From Antedon mediterranea (Eukaryota > Animalia > Echinodermata), in the NCBI RefSeq assembly GCF_964355755.1, contig NC_092677.1:15522101-15586100 (forward strand): a stretch of DNA of 64,000 nucleotides, written 5' to 3'. Positions 1 to 13,798 of the stretch are shown piece by piece. How positions within the stretch are numbered: the stretch's first letter is position 1; every line of letters begins with the position of its first letter. The notes beneath the pieces are model-generated. The model was given only the letters and a program-made list of their open reading frames with translations. It had not been told where the DNA came from and made no database searches. The position numbers and the translations under genes were made by a program.

Positions 1-115
1 AATTTGTCCTGCGGTACGTACATTTGAAATCGCCAGTTTTTTAACGCTGAAAATAATACTATGTATTGGAGAACCTTCTGTGGGCACGACCTAGATGGTA
101 CGCGAGCGAAGCGAG
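1..115 (+). mobile_element. 3' end fragment of non-autonomous Helitron (same family as 12547-13798); terminal hairpin incomplete
   Basis: gagaacc-tctgtgggcacgacctagatggtacgcgagcgaagcgag matches 13740-13786; the return arm and terminal CTAG are missing. Confidence 0.8.
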
Positions 116-1186
116 TTATTTGCCAGCATTAGGGATTCTGTTACGCCAGGAAAAGTGACAATTTCACTCTTCTCTGGTTACACATGTTATTTTGTAAATT
201 AAGTTTTGATCATTCATTGGCTTATAATTGCTAGAATCTTAAGAACCATTATACATCAATATTCCTTTTATTTTTAATTATTTTTAGTGTTAAAGTACAT
301 TATCCTTTGCATGACAGTTATTAAATGTACCCACAAATAATATAATATTATGCAATTATCAATAAACTTATTATTGGTTATTCATAATAACTCCATAAAA
401 AAGAATATACCAAAAGAAAGTAAATTCCTGTCACGTCAGACGCTTCTTGACATAAATTACGTTTTAAACTGTTTTCATTTTAGTTGCTCTATACTGTGTA
501 TCTGCGGACTGAAATTAAATATTGATTGATATGTTTAAATAATTAAAAACAATATTAAACATGCTTTCAATTCTTGTGCACGTACACTAGATTCTTTTGA
601 AATAACATCTATTCATGCTAGATTAGCATTTTAATTTTATCAAAGGGGTGTTAGCACTACAGTACCTAAGGCACGAAATATTTTTTTAACGACATGCATT
701 AAATTTCATTAAGAGTTCTTGAGCTTTTCATAAAAAAACCATGGCAAAACAGTATGGTTTTCCAGCACACATCAAATATACAAATGACGTAGCCTAAACT
801 CGGTATGTGATTGGCCCACAGTAACGATTGACTGACATCCTCCTAATTGTGCCGTTCGCTGTCGATTACAGCAGAGCCTTACTTCGGGACCTAACAGAAA
901 GTTTCCATAATAGGGTATAACTTGAATACTCTACAAACGAAAAACTGAAACTAACATCTTTTTTCCATATTAGTCACTGTTTTTAAATGTTTCTTAAGGC
1001 AGTAACAGTTATATGACGTCATCATATTACGTTAATTATAACGAATTTCTTAACAAGTCTCTGACATGGCTAAACTTAAAAAATTATTTAGCCCTGTCTT
1101 TTTTTAATTTCTATTGTTTAAAAATACCGAACTACAGAGTAGACAAAACAGGTGGTTGTCAAATGTACTATATTATGTTATATTGT

Positions 1187-1502
1187 TGTAAAAGGCTCTG
1201 GCCTCCCTAACTTGTGTGGGGTAGCGGTCGACACGTGAAATAATGATCTCACAACAAACATTTATTGGAATATAAACAGGCAAGCAAAACAGGCTAAGTT
1301 TATGGCAGTTTAATTACAAATTCTATAGCATTTATTTGCTTTATTAGCAAGGAGAACACTCCTCTCCGTGCCAGTCACCCAGGCCAAAGAGAGAGATGTC
1401 TCCTTGGATACAGCTATCTAGGCTTGGGTGTCCAGCAGGGTTCCCATCCCCCATGGGCTATTCCATTACCAAAAATCAAAACAAAATTACTGAACCATAA
1501 CA
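1187..1502 (-). repeat. 3' LTR of the non-autonomous Gypsy element
   Basis: tgtaaaaggctctgg...aaccataaca, repeated at 6214-6559 with a few substitutions and an approx. 26-bp indel. Confidence 0.92.
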
Positions 1503-2165
1503 TGTTCCCTGTGATGACTATACCTGGCCCCCAAGTATTGTAATCTGACACACTGTCGCAAGATAAAAGTATACTGATTATTAGATACCCGATTGTTGGC
1601 TGAAATAGCATTGGGATGGCACTCCCCATTAAGACATTCTACAATGGACTCCTAACCATCATGTCATGCCAACTGTTAAAGTGAAGATACTAAATACGGA
1701 ACCAGTACGGTCCCTCCCAATAGCAGAAGTATGAGGAATTTCCAATGTGAGTCCACCCATCATGGCCCTTGTTACCATGACACTCACCCGATCAGTAAAG
1801 TTCTGATCGCACCTCATGACCACTGCTAAAGGTTCACCCATAAGACTGCTTTCCAACGCAACTAACAGCTCAAGGAGCATGACCAATCCAATAGGTGCCG
1901 CCATACGGCTTCATACCCCAACAACTATAACTACAACTCACAGAGCCCTATAATCATTACCCTGTGACAGATCAATTCATTATTTTTTTTTTATTTTATT
2001 ACATACTCATCCAACAGCGAGTAACCCGCCAATTACGGGATGGATAAGCTATTTAATAATTTCACAAGACAAACATATACACAAGATGCTCTACATAAAC
2101 AAAGACTTATTATTAAGTCTTTGGGAGTGGAGTTGTAATTTGTCATGAGAAAAAAACCCTGACAT

Positions 2166-2206
2166 ATGACAGGGCTTGAACCCAGGACCCTTAGATTGGT
2201 AGCCAA
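2166..2206 (-). repeat. tRNA-derived SINE head fragment
   Basis: Minus strand reads aatctaagggtcctgggttcaagccctgtc, resembling the 3' half of tRNA-Lys with a B-box; not a complete tRNA. Confidence 0.5.
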
Positions 2207-2209
2207 GCA

Positions 2210-5043
2210 TCATAAGAAAGGAGGAGAAAGACAGAGGATAAGGAAAAATAAATATCGCTTACCCTTGCCAACAATTGTTTTGGCAAACGTTCGGTCATTA
2301 AAAAATAAAATGGATGAGGTTTGGACAAATATTCGATATGATAGGGTTTTTAGAGAAGCCAATCTATTATGTTTTACAGAAACATGGTTGAGCGAAAATG
2401 TCCCTAATGAAAGTGTCGAAATTGATGGATTCACCCTAATTCGAGGAGATAGGACAAAACAATCCGGAAAAGACATTGGCGGTGGTGTATGCTTATTTGT
2501 AAACAAACGATGGTGCAATATAACTATTGTTCGCGATAAGCAATGTACACCTGATATTGAATTGTTGACAATTTCACTGAGACCATTCTATTGTCCGCGG
2601 GAATTTCCACAGTTATTTGTTACAGTTGTGTATATACACCCAAAGGCTAATTCTACACGAGCAGCTGAAATCTTGTCTGAAAATACGCACAAGTTGGAGA
2701 CATTGTCACCTGATGCACCCAGGCTCATATTAGGCGATTTCAACCAACACAAGCTTGGTAAAGTGCTCAGAATATACCACCAATATGTAACCTGCCCTAC
2801 TCGTAAAGATAAAACAATAGATTTATGCTACGGTACAGTTCCAAGCGCATATAGGTCCGTGGCATTACCACCGCTTGGTGCGTCGGACCACAATTGTGTG
2901 AATCTGATTCCAAAATATGTCCCAGTTATCCAGAGGAAGGACAAAATAGTCAAGACTGTTAAATTGTGGACTTTGGACAGTATCGAACGTTTAAGAGGGT
3001 GTTTTGAATGCACTGATTGGCAAGTATTTTATGAGTCGTCCGTCACCAAATCTAAACGAAATGGCGGATGTTATAACATCATATGTAAATTATTGTGTTG
3101 ATTCAGTAATACCGAAAAAAGAGGTTGTCGTATTTGCAAATAATAAGCCGTGGGTTACGAAAGAGTTGAAAGACATATTAAATAAGAAAAAACGGATTTT
3201 TTACCAAGGCACCACTCACGATAATAAGCAAATAAATAAAGAAGTTAAAGTAGCTGTCCGTAAGGCTAAAGATATGTATAAGAGAAAAATTGAAAATAAG
3301 TTTAGTAGTGGATGTATTCGTAGTGCTTGGCAAGGAATTAAACATATGGCGTCTATAAACACAGCTGATAAAACACAAAGAAATAAAATAAATGTAGAGG
3401 GTATTGATGACCAGGCATTGCCAGATAGATTAAACGACTTCTTTGCTAGGTTTGAAAAACACGATTTAAAAGACGACACTGTTGGCAATGATGATCCGCA
3501 TGTAGATGAAATTATTATTTCTGAGGATCGTGTTAGAACATTACTCAGGAATATAAATTTAAATAAGAGTTCTGGTCCCGATGGTATTGAGGGCAGAACA
3601 TTGAAGTCGTGTGCGGATCAGCTCAGTGGTGTCCTTCGGTACCTCTTCCAGACCTCTATAAACCAGTGTGTAGTTCCTAATCTTTGGAAAGAATCGATTA
3701 TAAAACCTATTCCTAAACAGACTGTCATAAAACAACTGAATGATCTGCGCCCTATTGCGCTGACATCTCTTGTTATGAAAATCTTTGAAAAGATAGTTAA
3801 AACCTACATCACGTCTGTTGTAGAGTCTAAACTCGATCCACTGCAGTTTGCATACAGGTCTGGAAGAGGTGTTGAGGATGCCAAGCTTTTTTTATTAAAC
3901 ACATTGTACAAGCACCTTGAACTGCCTCGATCTCACGCCAGAATGTTATTCGCCGACTTCTCTTCTGCCTTCAATACCATGCACCCTTATATTTTAGCAA
4001 ACAAATTAATTTCGAATTTTGGTTTTCAACGTGATTTTGTATTATGGATTATAAGTTTTCTTACGAACAGATGTCAGAGGGTCTTAGTTAACCAAAGACA
4101 CTCGAATGTACGTATGACAAGTATTGGATCCCCCCAGGGTTGCGTTCTCTCTCCTCTCCTGTATATTATATACACGGATGACTGTCGCAGCAAACAGGAC
4201 AATAGTCATCTTGTTAAATTTGCTGACGACACTGTCTTGCTGTCTCTCCTTCAAAATTCACAGGACGGCCATGGTTCCGCTTTAGATGATTTTATCCAAT
4301 TTTGTGGAAACTCCTACTTGGAACTCAATGTGACCAAAACCAAGGAGATGATTGTAGATTTTAGGAAGGAGAAAGGACGCAACCCTTGGGTATCCATTAT
4401 AAATGACGAACCAGTCGATATTGTCCATTCCTTTAAATACCTAGGTACTATATTTGAGGACAATCTCGGCTGGGAATTAAACACAGAGGCAATAGTAAAG
4501 AAAGGACACCAGAGACTTTATCTGTTAAGGAAGCTGAACCATTTTAATGTCGATAAAGTAATTCTTAGGGTTTTTTATAATTCCTTTATTGAGAACGTTT
4601 TAACTTTTTCCTTTATATGTTGGTTTTTTAGTCTTAGGGTCAAAGAGAAAAACTCACTACAAAGAATTGTTAACTTAAGTTCTAAATTAATAGGTTGTCA
4701 ACTTCGTAGCTTATCTTCTTTCTGTGACATGCAAACTCTAGAAAAAAGTAGAGCTATTTAAAAAAATATTAACCATGCCTTGTTCAGTGATTTCGAGCTC
4801 ATGCCTCATGGGCGTCGCTTTCGATGCCCGGCATGTAGAACAAACCGGAAAAGGAATTCGTTTTTGCCAGTGGCTATTCGACTCTTAAATTCTTGAACCT
4901 TGACTTGACTTTTTTTCTATTTTGTTCTGTGTATTGTGATATTTTGTATATTTTGTAAGATCATTTTAATCCAGACCTTTTTATTTGAATTGCCCCGTGT
5001 GGGATGATTAAAGAATTTTGAATTGAAATTGAATTGAATTGAA
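2210..5043 (+). mobile_element. Rex1/Babar-type LINE (APE endonuclease + RT), disabled
   Basis: EN motifs LANVRSL, CFTETWL, GDFN, SDH. RT motifs DFSSAFNT, GSPQGCVLSPLLY, KFADD. Frameshift near 3040. In-frame TAA at 4759-4761, after which the frame continues HALFSDFELMPHGRRFR...NSFLPVAIRLLNS to TGA at 4894-4896. (TTGAA)n tail near 5018-5043. 5' boundary approximate; no TSD found. Confidence 0.92.
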
Positions 5044-5449
5044 ACCACCAAGCCACAGCTCCACTACTCATAACCACCAAGCCACAGCTCCACTGTGGAG
5101 CTTCAGAGATTGTGGTACTTTAAACCATTATTATCAACTTTTCAATCATCTATAAATACATCTCATGTTACATGATACAAGAACCTGTGTGTACCTAATT
5201 ATTTTCAAAATACCATATTATGACACCATAACATGCTGTACTCTTAAACTTAAATACCTATTAACAATTAGGTAAACAATAGGAACATAATTATAACAAT
5301 AACTCTTATGCAGTAAAGATTGATGAACACCAAACACTTTATCATCATAGATTATTTAGCTTAAAATGGTTTAACAATTACAGAAAAGTAGCACAAAACA
5401 ATAGAAGGTGTGCATACATAAAATTCAAGTTCATAAAATAAGTCAACAC

Positions 5450-5962
5450 TTAATGGCGAGAATCTGTAGACTTTGGCCATTTCTCAGGGTTACTATGAAA
5501 ACCTCTAGTTGATCTTGATGATCGTCTGAGTTGAGGTTCTACTGGTTGGTGTATTGCATCCTGCTGTGGTGGTAAGTCATGATGTGTAAATACCCAGGTT
5601 GGCATATCATCTTCTTCATCTGAGTCACTTCCTACAATGTCTTCAGTTGTTGCTTCCCTTGGATCAACAATTAAGAGTTTTCTATTTACAGTACGTGTTG
5701 GGCCACCCAGAAGAGGCCGAATCTTGTAAACGTCTCCAGCGTCGTTAACCCAAACTATGATGTAGGCATCGTGATGAAACTTGTCTTCTAACTTGTTGTG
5801 TCTGCCTTCAAAAGCACACCTTTTCAACAGTACACGATCTCCAATACTCAGTTGTGGACTCCTCTTAAGTATATTCTGCTTCAGTGTAGAGTTTTCTAGC
5901 TTCCGTTCAATGTTATCTTTTGCCACTTGATGGGCTTGTTGTATAGTTTCCCTTCCCCGCAT
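5450..5962 (-). pseudogene. Gypsy integrase C-terminal (GPY/F-like) remnant
   Basis: LSIGDRVLLKR...KLEDKF..AYII....DVYKIRPL.GG..RTVNRKLL and LRRSSR tail, typical of Gypsy pol C-termini; the rest of gag/pol is absent. Confidence 0.8.
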
Positions 5963-6194
5963 TTCTAGTTTTCTTTCCAGTCAGGGCATGTAACGGAATT
6001 CAATTACATATATTATTTGAATACACAATATGATCGCTGTATTGCATTTGTTTGTAAAATCTCCTGTGTAGAAGGACCTGCTTCATTTTCCATAGCCATA
6101 GTATATAATATTCTTCCATAAACTGAGGTCTTCCATAAACTGGGGCTGCTTCCTTGAATAACGTACTTTTTACCTTTATCTTGTCTTGTCTTCA

Positions 6195-6212
6195 ATCCCA
6201 CTTCTGACACCA
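6195..6212 (-). promoter_or_regulatory. Primer binding site (tRNA-Leu-like)
   Basis: TGGTGTCAGAAGTGGGAT, 1 nt from the end of the 5' LTR. Confidence 0.85.
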
Positions 6213-6213
6213 C

Positions 6214-6559
6214 TGTAAAAGGCTCTGGCCTCCCTAACTAATTGTGTGGGGTAGGGGTCGACACGTGAAATAATGATACCAGGTAAATCGTCTTGATTTG
6301 ATCTCACAACAAACATTTATTGGAATATAAACAGGAAAGAAAAACAGGCTAAGTTTATGGCAGTTTAATTACAAATTCTATAGCATTTATTTGCTTTATT
6401 AGCAAGGAGAACACTCCTCTTCGTGCCAGTCACCCAGGCCAAAGAGAGAGATGTCTCCTTGGATACAGCTATCTATAGGCTTGGGTGTCCAGCAGGGTTC
6501 CCATCCCCCATGGGTTATTCCATTACCAAAAATCAAAACAAAATCACTGAACCATAACA
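6214..6559 (-). repeat. 5' LTR of the non-autonomous Gypsy element
   Basis: Direct repeat of 1187-1502, adjacent to the PBS. Confidence 0.92.
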
Positions 6560-8214
6560 TTGTTTTAAACAATGTTTTTGTGTACAAAATAAATTAAAAT
6601 GTCCATGAAATATTAAATATGTCGATAATAGATTATAGTATATTATATATATTATATTGTTATATTTATATTAATATTTGATCATAAATTATATAATAAT
6701 GTTTGGTAATAATGTAGTGTTCTTAATTAAAGTAGGCCTGCCAATAATATACTAAAGTATTACCAAATAATAAAATGTTGCCATAGAAACAGTTTGGGTT
6801 ATAATGTAATCAACAACAGCTGCTTGCCATAATTTTACCAACATTTATATTATATATCGGTTAAACTCTCACACACTTTTTCAGTTATCCCAACTTTAAG
6901 TTTGACTTAGTAAACAGGAAAGACCAAATTGAAGATTTTAACTGGAAAATGAATGGTAATGTACAGGGGCTAGGAATTTTCTTTTCAAACATAATCCCTA
7001 CCAAACAGTTACGAACGAGAACTGAGAAATAGAATACGAACAATGCAAAATATAATTAATTCATGGTCTAAACGAACCCTGACACTTTGTGGTACAATAT
7101 TATTACATCACATCTTATATTACATACATTATTTCATTTATTACTTGACACATCAAGACATGTATTAAATAAATTGAAAGATCTGTTTTTTTTCCTCTCT
7201 TATTTGTCTCTTATTATTTATTATTTAAAGGCAGTAACAGTTGTATGACGATTAAATTCATGCAGGAAAACGAATTTCCTAACTTGTCTTTTGTGATGAA
7301 ATAGAAACTGTTTTAGTGAAAGAGGTTTAATCCTCCATTTATTTTGGAATCACTTTAAAGGGATGTACCAAAGGAGGTATTAATTTTTACTAGTGTCTAT
7401 AATAATTAGTGGGTAGGCCTATCTAAGATTAAACAAAACGTCACGAATGGCTAAACCTATTAGTGCGCATGTGCCAGTTCACTCAATACATTTTTTATTT
7501 TTCTTATAAAATTGTATTATCTGTGGATCTCTCATCTCGATTTATTAGTTATCACACCTTTGACAAGTACAGTTTCTACAATCAATTTTGTTATTGGTAA
7601 GATAATTATTTTATTTTTGATTCGGAGAAAAACTTCATATTTTGTTAGTTGTCGACAGAATAGCTGTTATTTATTAATGAATATTAGAGGATTCTATTCA
7701 TAGTTTTAAGAACAGAATTCATGACAGTCTAATTAAAACCATTAGTTAATGTACTTCCACAATCCAACCTGCATAAGCGTTGGTGATAATTCATAGTTTA
7801 GGTTGTTTTTTTAAGTTGTTACTTCCGGGTGAAATTGTTTCTCTATTTTGTTTTGTATGTTTTGTATAATGGATGTACTATCCAAAATAAAGAAATGAAT
7901 GAAATTGTTAATTTAACTAAACAATGATAATGATAAAATTATACTGTAACTCAAATACATAGAGAGAAAAAAAACGAATACTAGGTCTACATTATGTGTG
8001 GTTGGAAAAAATAAGAAACAAGAGCAATCATATATTACATATCTCCAACAACTGACCTTAAAACACGATTAAGCCTGTATTTGTATTTATATTGTTTAAA
8101 ATACCTAACTAGTGCGGCAAAACAGGTCGTTGTATAATGTAATATATTATGTTGTATTGTTTTAAATAATGTTTAGTTTTCCCAGAGTGTACTTTTCCCA
8201 CAGTCTATTAAGGT

Positions 8215-8378
8215 GGTCCTGAATTGGGATCCCAGTCCAGATTGCCTCCAAAATTTAATGGATTCCTCCGTAACCAAATATGTATCTGTGGTTTAAAATT
8301 GGTGAAAATCTGTCATTTAGTTTTGACATTATCTTGCTAAATAACTAACAAAATATAACCTCCTTGGCGGAGGTAATA
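8215..8378 (+). mobile_element. 3' end of a small non-autonomous element with terminal palindrome (Helentron/HINE-like)
   Basis: Ends in ataacctccttggcggaggtaat (ACCTCC...GGAGGT hairpin). Class assignment is recalled, not searched. Confidence 0.5.
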
Positions 8379-9098
8379 ATATTTAAAAAATGATAATTAT
8401 AACATAGTACTGTACTATTCGAGGTGAAAAAGATTTGAAGCGTGCACAACCACCCACAATCCATTGGTGGGAGTGGAACATTGTTTACGAAAACTTCTAT
8501 TACGTAACGCCGTGACTAAACCGTTTGAAAATCATGTGATAGATGGGACGTGTAATTAATATCTATCTAATATGCTGACAGTAATGTTTTTACGTACAAT
8601 ATTGTAATATTCCACCAGTGCTCAATTAGCAAATGAATAGAAAAACGATATTAAATCCGAGTCGAATGCTTCAAGTAGGCCTATCTAATAGATGTGCAGT
8701 TTAGAGGCTACTCTTCTTTGAAGAAGTAAAGCAATCGTATTATTAGACTATTACTATCGTTATAAATAAAAACTCTGTACAGTATATTGTCCGATAGGCC
8801 TACTCCGTAAGTAATGATACACTGTCGACGGAAATGACTTGGCTGACGTGAACAAATTTACACCGACTGATCGGATTTTTCAAAAATAAAACAGTAAAGT
8901 GTTTTTTTAATAGCTAAAATAGTTTTATATTGAGATTTCTCGACAAGCACTCCGGTCCTCTGGGTAACCGGGGTACTTAGTACTTATAATCGTTAATAAG
9001 CGCTATATAATTGTATTATTAGGTCTCAAACTAAATAATATATCTCCGAGGCACAAACATCATTTTTAAAGGAGCTTGTTGTTAATAATGTCATAGCT

Positions 9099-9689
9099 GT
9101 GGTACTTAATGTCCAAAAACATTGTGAGAAACTGGAGTCAAAGGTTGATTTACTATCTAGTGAAATTGATAATATGAAATTAAATAATAACAGTATTAGT
9201 GAGCATGTCGACTACGAGAAATTAAATAAATTAATTAGCGATGAAGTTAATGAAGCCATTCAAAAAGAAAGAAAAGCTAACAAATTAGTATTTAGGGGGT
9301 TAACCAGAGAAATTGAATTAAGGAAGTATGGGGGTAAAGTCTTAACAGAAATCGAACTTGTAGACCATATTGTCCATAATGTGTTGGGGCTCTCAGATAT
9401 AGCTATCGAGAATGTGTACAGAATAAAACGTGATGATGGTCGTTCAGCCAGTAATGGTATCCTTATGGTCACTGTCCAAAATGTAGACAAAAAGTTTAAG
9501 ATTTTGAGGGAGTATGAAAAAATAATTAAACTTAAGGGATGGGAACGAGTCTTTATTTCTCAAGACAAGACAACACGGGAACGAAATGAAGACTTTAAGC
9601 TCCGCTGTGAGGTAAGAAGACGACGGGCCAATGGTGAAAATGTTGTTATAAGAAAAGGGCGAGTTGAATTAAGGGAATCAAAAAACTAG
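9099..9689 (+). pseudogene. CR1-like ORF1 remnant
   Basis: Coiled-coil-like segment, NKLVFRGL, VFISQDKT.RER and VVIRKGRV ending; lies directly upstream of the EN-RT ORF. Confidence 0.75.
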
Positions 9690-10062
9690 TTTCCATACAG
9701 AAGGACAATTATTTTGAGTTTTTTGATGAGGATTTTGTTCTAGAAATTTTTTTTAATTCTGTTCATTTAGCGGGTCTGTCTGATTTGAATTCTCGGCCGG
9801 GTTTTTTAGCCCAAGACAGAAATATTTTAAAGTTTGAGGATACTAGCAGTGTAGTATTTTCGGAATTAACTAAATCAGAAGAAGTTTTTTGTTCGATTCC
9901 TGAAGGTTCTCTTGCCTCTGTGGACTTTCCAATTGATTCCAGTTTTCCATGTGCCCCTGAGCTATCTAACATTAAAATATTATACACCAATGCCCAGAGC
10001 ATTATGAACAAAATTGACGAACTAAGAGTAGTTGTGTTAGATAGAAACCCAGATCTGATAGC

Positions 10063-10915
10063 TGTGCTGCCCTCGATAACGGTCGTGTCTTCTAGACAGC
10101 CAGATAACCAAATAAGACACTAGATGTACATATAGTTAGAGTTTCGTTACTAACGTTTATTATGCGTCGTATCGTAGTATATTATATTGGTAAAACTGTG
10201 GAGGATTACAAAGAAAAACATTATCTAGACTACATTAAAAAAAGCAATACAGCGTACAAACATTGTATTTAGCTGTTTAAGCAAAAAAGGTAACGTAAAT
10301 GCTAATCATATATAACTGCTATACTAACCTAAATTAATTAATATCTTTAATCGCTATAACATTTCAACAAAGGTTTAGGCATCAATGGTAAAATTATGCC
10401 TTATATGCATTAAGACTAGGAATGAATTAACAATAAATCATCGTCCTAGATTGTAGACTGTAATTATTAAAATAGATACTGTACATATATAGCCAGTACT
10501 ATATAAAGTAGTAACTTGATAAAATAGTATATATGGACCTATATATGGCCTAATTAAAAGTTAAAATAACAATCATAAATTAACATGTACTCACACACTG
10601 TGATTCTCAAATAGAGGCACGTTAAAGATATAAAAAGAAATGAAACTTGTAAACGAAAAGCATATAAAAGCTTGTGAACTTCTCTCAGTGAATGCTACTG
10701 TATTACTAATACTTTATACTGTACAATGTACAAATTAAGTCAATGCATTGGAATGTCCAAATTCAAACAAGTGCCTGTGGTACTCCAGGTCAAAACTAGG
10801 AGTAACCATGGTAACAATTAAAGTTGCAATAAATTCAATAGTGTACTGACTACATTTATATTTAGGATAACTATACTAAATAAATTTGTAAGGAAATTTA
10901 TTTGGAGACAAAATA
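10063..10915 (-). mobile_element. Solo LTR, probably BEL/Pao, inserted in the CR1 endonuclease
   Basis: 5-bp TSD ATAGC at 10058-10062 and 10916-10920. Termini TGT...ATA (one end decayed). Removal restores D-L-I-A-I-K-E-S-W. Strand inferred from a minus-strand AATAAA near 10160. Confidence 0.75.
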
Positions 10916-12425
10916 ATAGCCATCAAAGAGTCATGGACAAACGAGATAATTAATAATGCAATTCTAAAGTTAGATGGGTATTCTTTGCTGTGTAGGCAAG
11001 ATAGACTTGATACGAAAGATGGGCGAGGTGGTGGGACCCCGGTGGGACCCTACTTTATGTTAGGAATCTATTGCTGCAACAGATTTAAGTGATATTTCAC
11101 AGGATTTCAGCAATTCTGTTTGGGCTGAAAATCTGAAATCCACCTAAAGGAGCGTCGGAAAGCCATTATTGGTATTGTCTACCGGTCACCTAATAGTTCA
11201 CTTCACAATAATATACAAATGTATGTACCTATGAGAGAAGTTTCAAATAAGTCGTGTCCTACAGTTATAATCGGAGACTTTAATTTTCCAGGTATTGATT
11301 GGGAAAATTTAGAGTCTAATTTGGATGGTCAGGATTTTTTGGATTTTGTTGAAGATGCATATCTTACCCAACATGTTGAATCAGCGACTAGAGGAAATAA
11401 CATTTTGGATCTTATTTTAACTAATGAACCTAATATGGTGTCTGATGTTGCTTGTGTTGGTAGACTTGGGTCTAGTGATCATGATATGCTAGAATTTTGT
11501 TGTAATATTGATACGCTGATTAATGATAGTACAGAATATGTCTTTGATTTTAGGAGAGCCAACTGGAATAATATTAGAGACGTGCTTGTAGAAGTGGATT
11601 GGCCCAGCCTAACTGAATTTCCATCTATATCTGAGTCATCGTCAAAATTTGAAGGTGTTTATAATTCTGTCCCAAGGGATAACATACCTTTAAAATTGAG
11701 AAGACATAATAGAAAACCGCCTTTTATCAACAGAAAAGTTATTCGGTCAATTCGGAAGAGAAAATTATGGAAACGTTACTGTAATTCGAGGGATTCCATA
11801 GACTTTGAAATTTATAAGAGATTTTCCAATAGGGTCAAGTCCAAAGTAAGGAGTGCCAAGAGAAAATTTGACAAAAAATTGGCTGATAACATTTGAGTTC
11901 AAGAATTTTGTTGGAGACTGCTAGTGTTATTGCGACTCCTTTAGCCCGTCTATTTCAGAGATGTTTTGATGAAAATTATGTTCCTCCTTTATGGAAGAAA
12001 GCCAATGTTTCCTCTATTTTTAAAAAAGGCTCTAAGAAATCACCGGCAAACTATAGGCCTGTTAGTTTAACTTCCCGTTTTTGTAAATTGATGGAATCTG
12101 TCTTGAGGGATGATATTATTGATCATCTTGACTCGTTCCATTTACTGAATACATGGGTTCTTGAAAGGAAGATCTTGTCTGACAAATTTACTAATGTTTC
12201 TTGAGAAGGTGACATATGAAATTGACCAGGGTTTACCAGTAGATGTAATTTATTTTGATTTCCAAAAGGCCTTCGATAAAGTTTCTCATGTAAGGTTGAT
12301 GAATAAAGTTTTGGCTCATGGTATTGAAGGTCCATTTGGCATGTGGATACAAAATTGGCTTAGTGATAGATCTCAAAGGGTTGTTGTGAATGGTAGGAAA
12401 TCTGAGTGGGTGGGCCCCTGTTCAT

Positions 12426-12499
12426 AGTGGTGTGCCTCAGGGTTCGGTCCTCGGACCGGTGCAGTGGTGTGCCTCAGGGTTCGGTCCTCGGATCGGTGC
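12426..12499 (+). repeat. 37-bp tandem duplication inside the CR1 RT
   Basis: agtggtgtgcctcagggttcggtcctcgga(c/t)cggtgc present twice. Confidence 0.9.
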
Positions 12500-12546
12500 T
12501 TTTACTCATTTTTATTGATGACATAGATTTTTCCATTGATTCTTCA

Positions 12547-13798
12547 TCTATATATAAATTTACGTAAGGGCAAAAATCGGTAAATCGTGCGTTATTTCTA
12601 GAATGTTTACTCGATGGTATATAAAGTTGGTTCGTACTTTCGGTACTAATTTTAACCACCTGATGTAACCCTGTTTACTAATTAAATTGAGTTCGATAAT
12701 TAGTTATTGACGATTAAAACGAATTTAGGTTCAACGATTTGCCCCAAATAGGGGTGTTTTTCGATCGTGGTATACACTGTCTAATGGATGTCAATTTGAA
12801 AAATACCCGCACACAATAATACGAGGACACTTCGCATTTTCCTATCTCCTCCTACGATAATTGTTTTTAATAGCTGAAAACCGGTTGAACAGTTCGAGTA
12901 CACCATCATAATGTTGAAGACAGGCCGATTTTCTTTAAAAAATGGTATTTTGATACATGTAATATACGTTTTTACAAATGTATTGATTTGTGATGAATGG
13001 AACGTTCCAAATTATTTGGTTTAACCATAGAGGTATAGATTTAGATTTATGGGCCACCTTGGAGAATAAACATAAATAGTATTGCAATGCTGTACAATAC
13101 TGTTAAGGTATTAACCACTTTTGATCGCAATTTGAATCGCGAATTTCTTACTGTGAGTGTTGGTACTGTTAGATATAATATAAACAAATATACAAATAAA
13201 CTTTATTACTGTGAGTGTGGGTAGGCCTTACTGTTAGATTATAAACATATAATATACAAATAAATAAACGTTATTACTGACAGTTGTTTCTCAACGTTTG
13301 TATTAATTAATAATTTAAAAATATATAAACGTACGTAGTGGTGTATCGTTACATGTACTTTACTATTTCAATCGACTATGACAGTGAGAGTTTTAACAAA
13401 GTATTAAATCGTAAATGTTTTACTGTATTTAGTGGTATATTATTTATAGGCCTATAAAACATTAAAAACAATATTTCGTTACTGAGTGGATAAGAATATA
13501 TTTTAAAATGTTTCCTCTTTGTACCTATCTTCTTCCCCCATCCCTCAACCATTAATGTTACATACAAAACACAAATTGGGTTTGTTTAAATAGTCCAAAT
13601 AAAAAAATTTGACTCATTTTGTTTCTCTCTCGGAAGTAATTCCCAGGGTGCTAATTTTAGCTGACTACATAAATCATCATGTATATTTATTCGTTTCTGA
13701 AACCTCCATTTTTTTCTCGCTGGAAAATACTGTGTATTCGAGAACCATCTGTGGGCACGACCTAGATGGTACGCGAGCGAAGCGAGCGTGCCATCTAG
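12547..13798 (+). mobile_element. Full-length non-autonomous Helitron
   Basis: Starts TC, ends CTAG with hairpin CTAGATGGTACGC...GCGTGCCATCTAG. Inserted between A and T with no TSD. Removal restores CR1 D-S-S-L-L-K-F-A-D-D. Confidence 0.92.

Larger units (their letters stand above)
1187..6559 (-). mobile_element. Non-autonomous (internally deleted) Gypsy-type LTR retrotransposon
   Basis: Direct repeats 1187-1502 and 6214-6559 with TG...CA ends. 4-bp TSD TTGT at 1183-1186 and 6560-6563. Minus-strand PBS TGGTGTCAGAAGTGGGAT next to the right LTR. Integrase C-terminal remnant at 5450-5962. Confidence 0.92.

Noticed and set aside
1414-1904. ORFs 1414-1629 and 1659-1904 (also 6399-6587) as genes
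   Set aside because: They lie in LTR or internal sequence of the retroelement and have no recognisable motifs.
2166-2210. ATG at 2166 as the true LINE start
   Set aside because: The first codons come from an antisense tRNA-like SINE fragment; the LINE is probably 5'-truncated.
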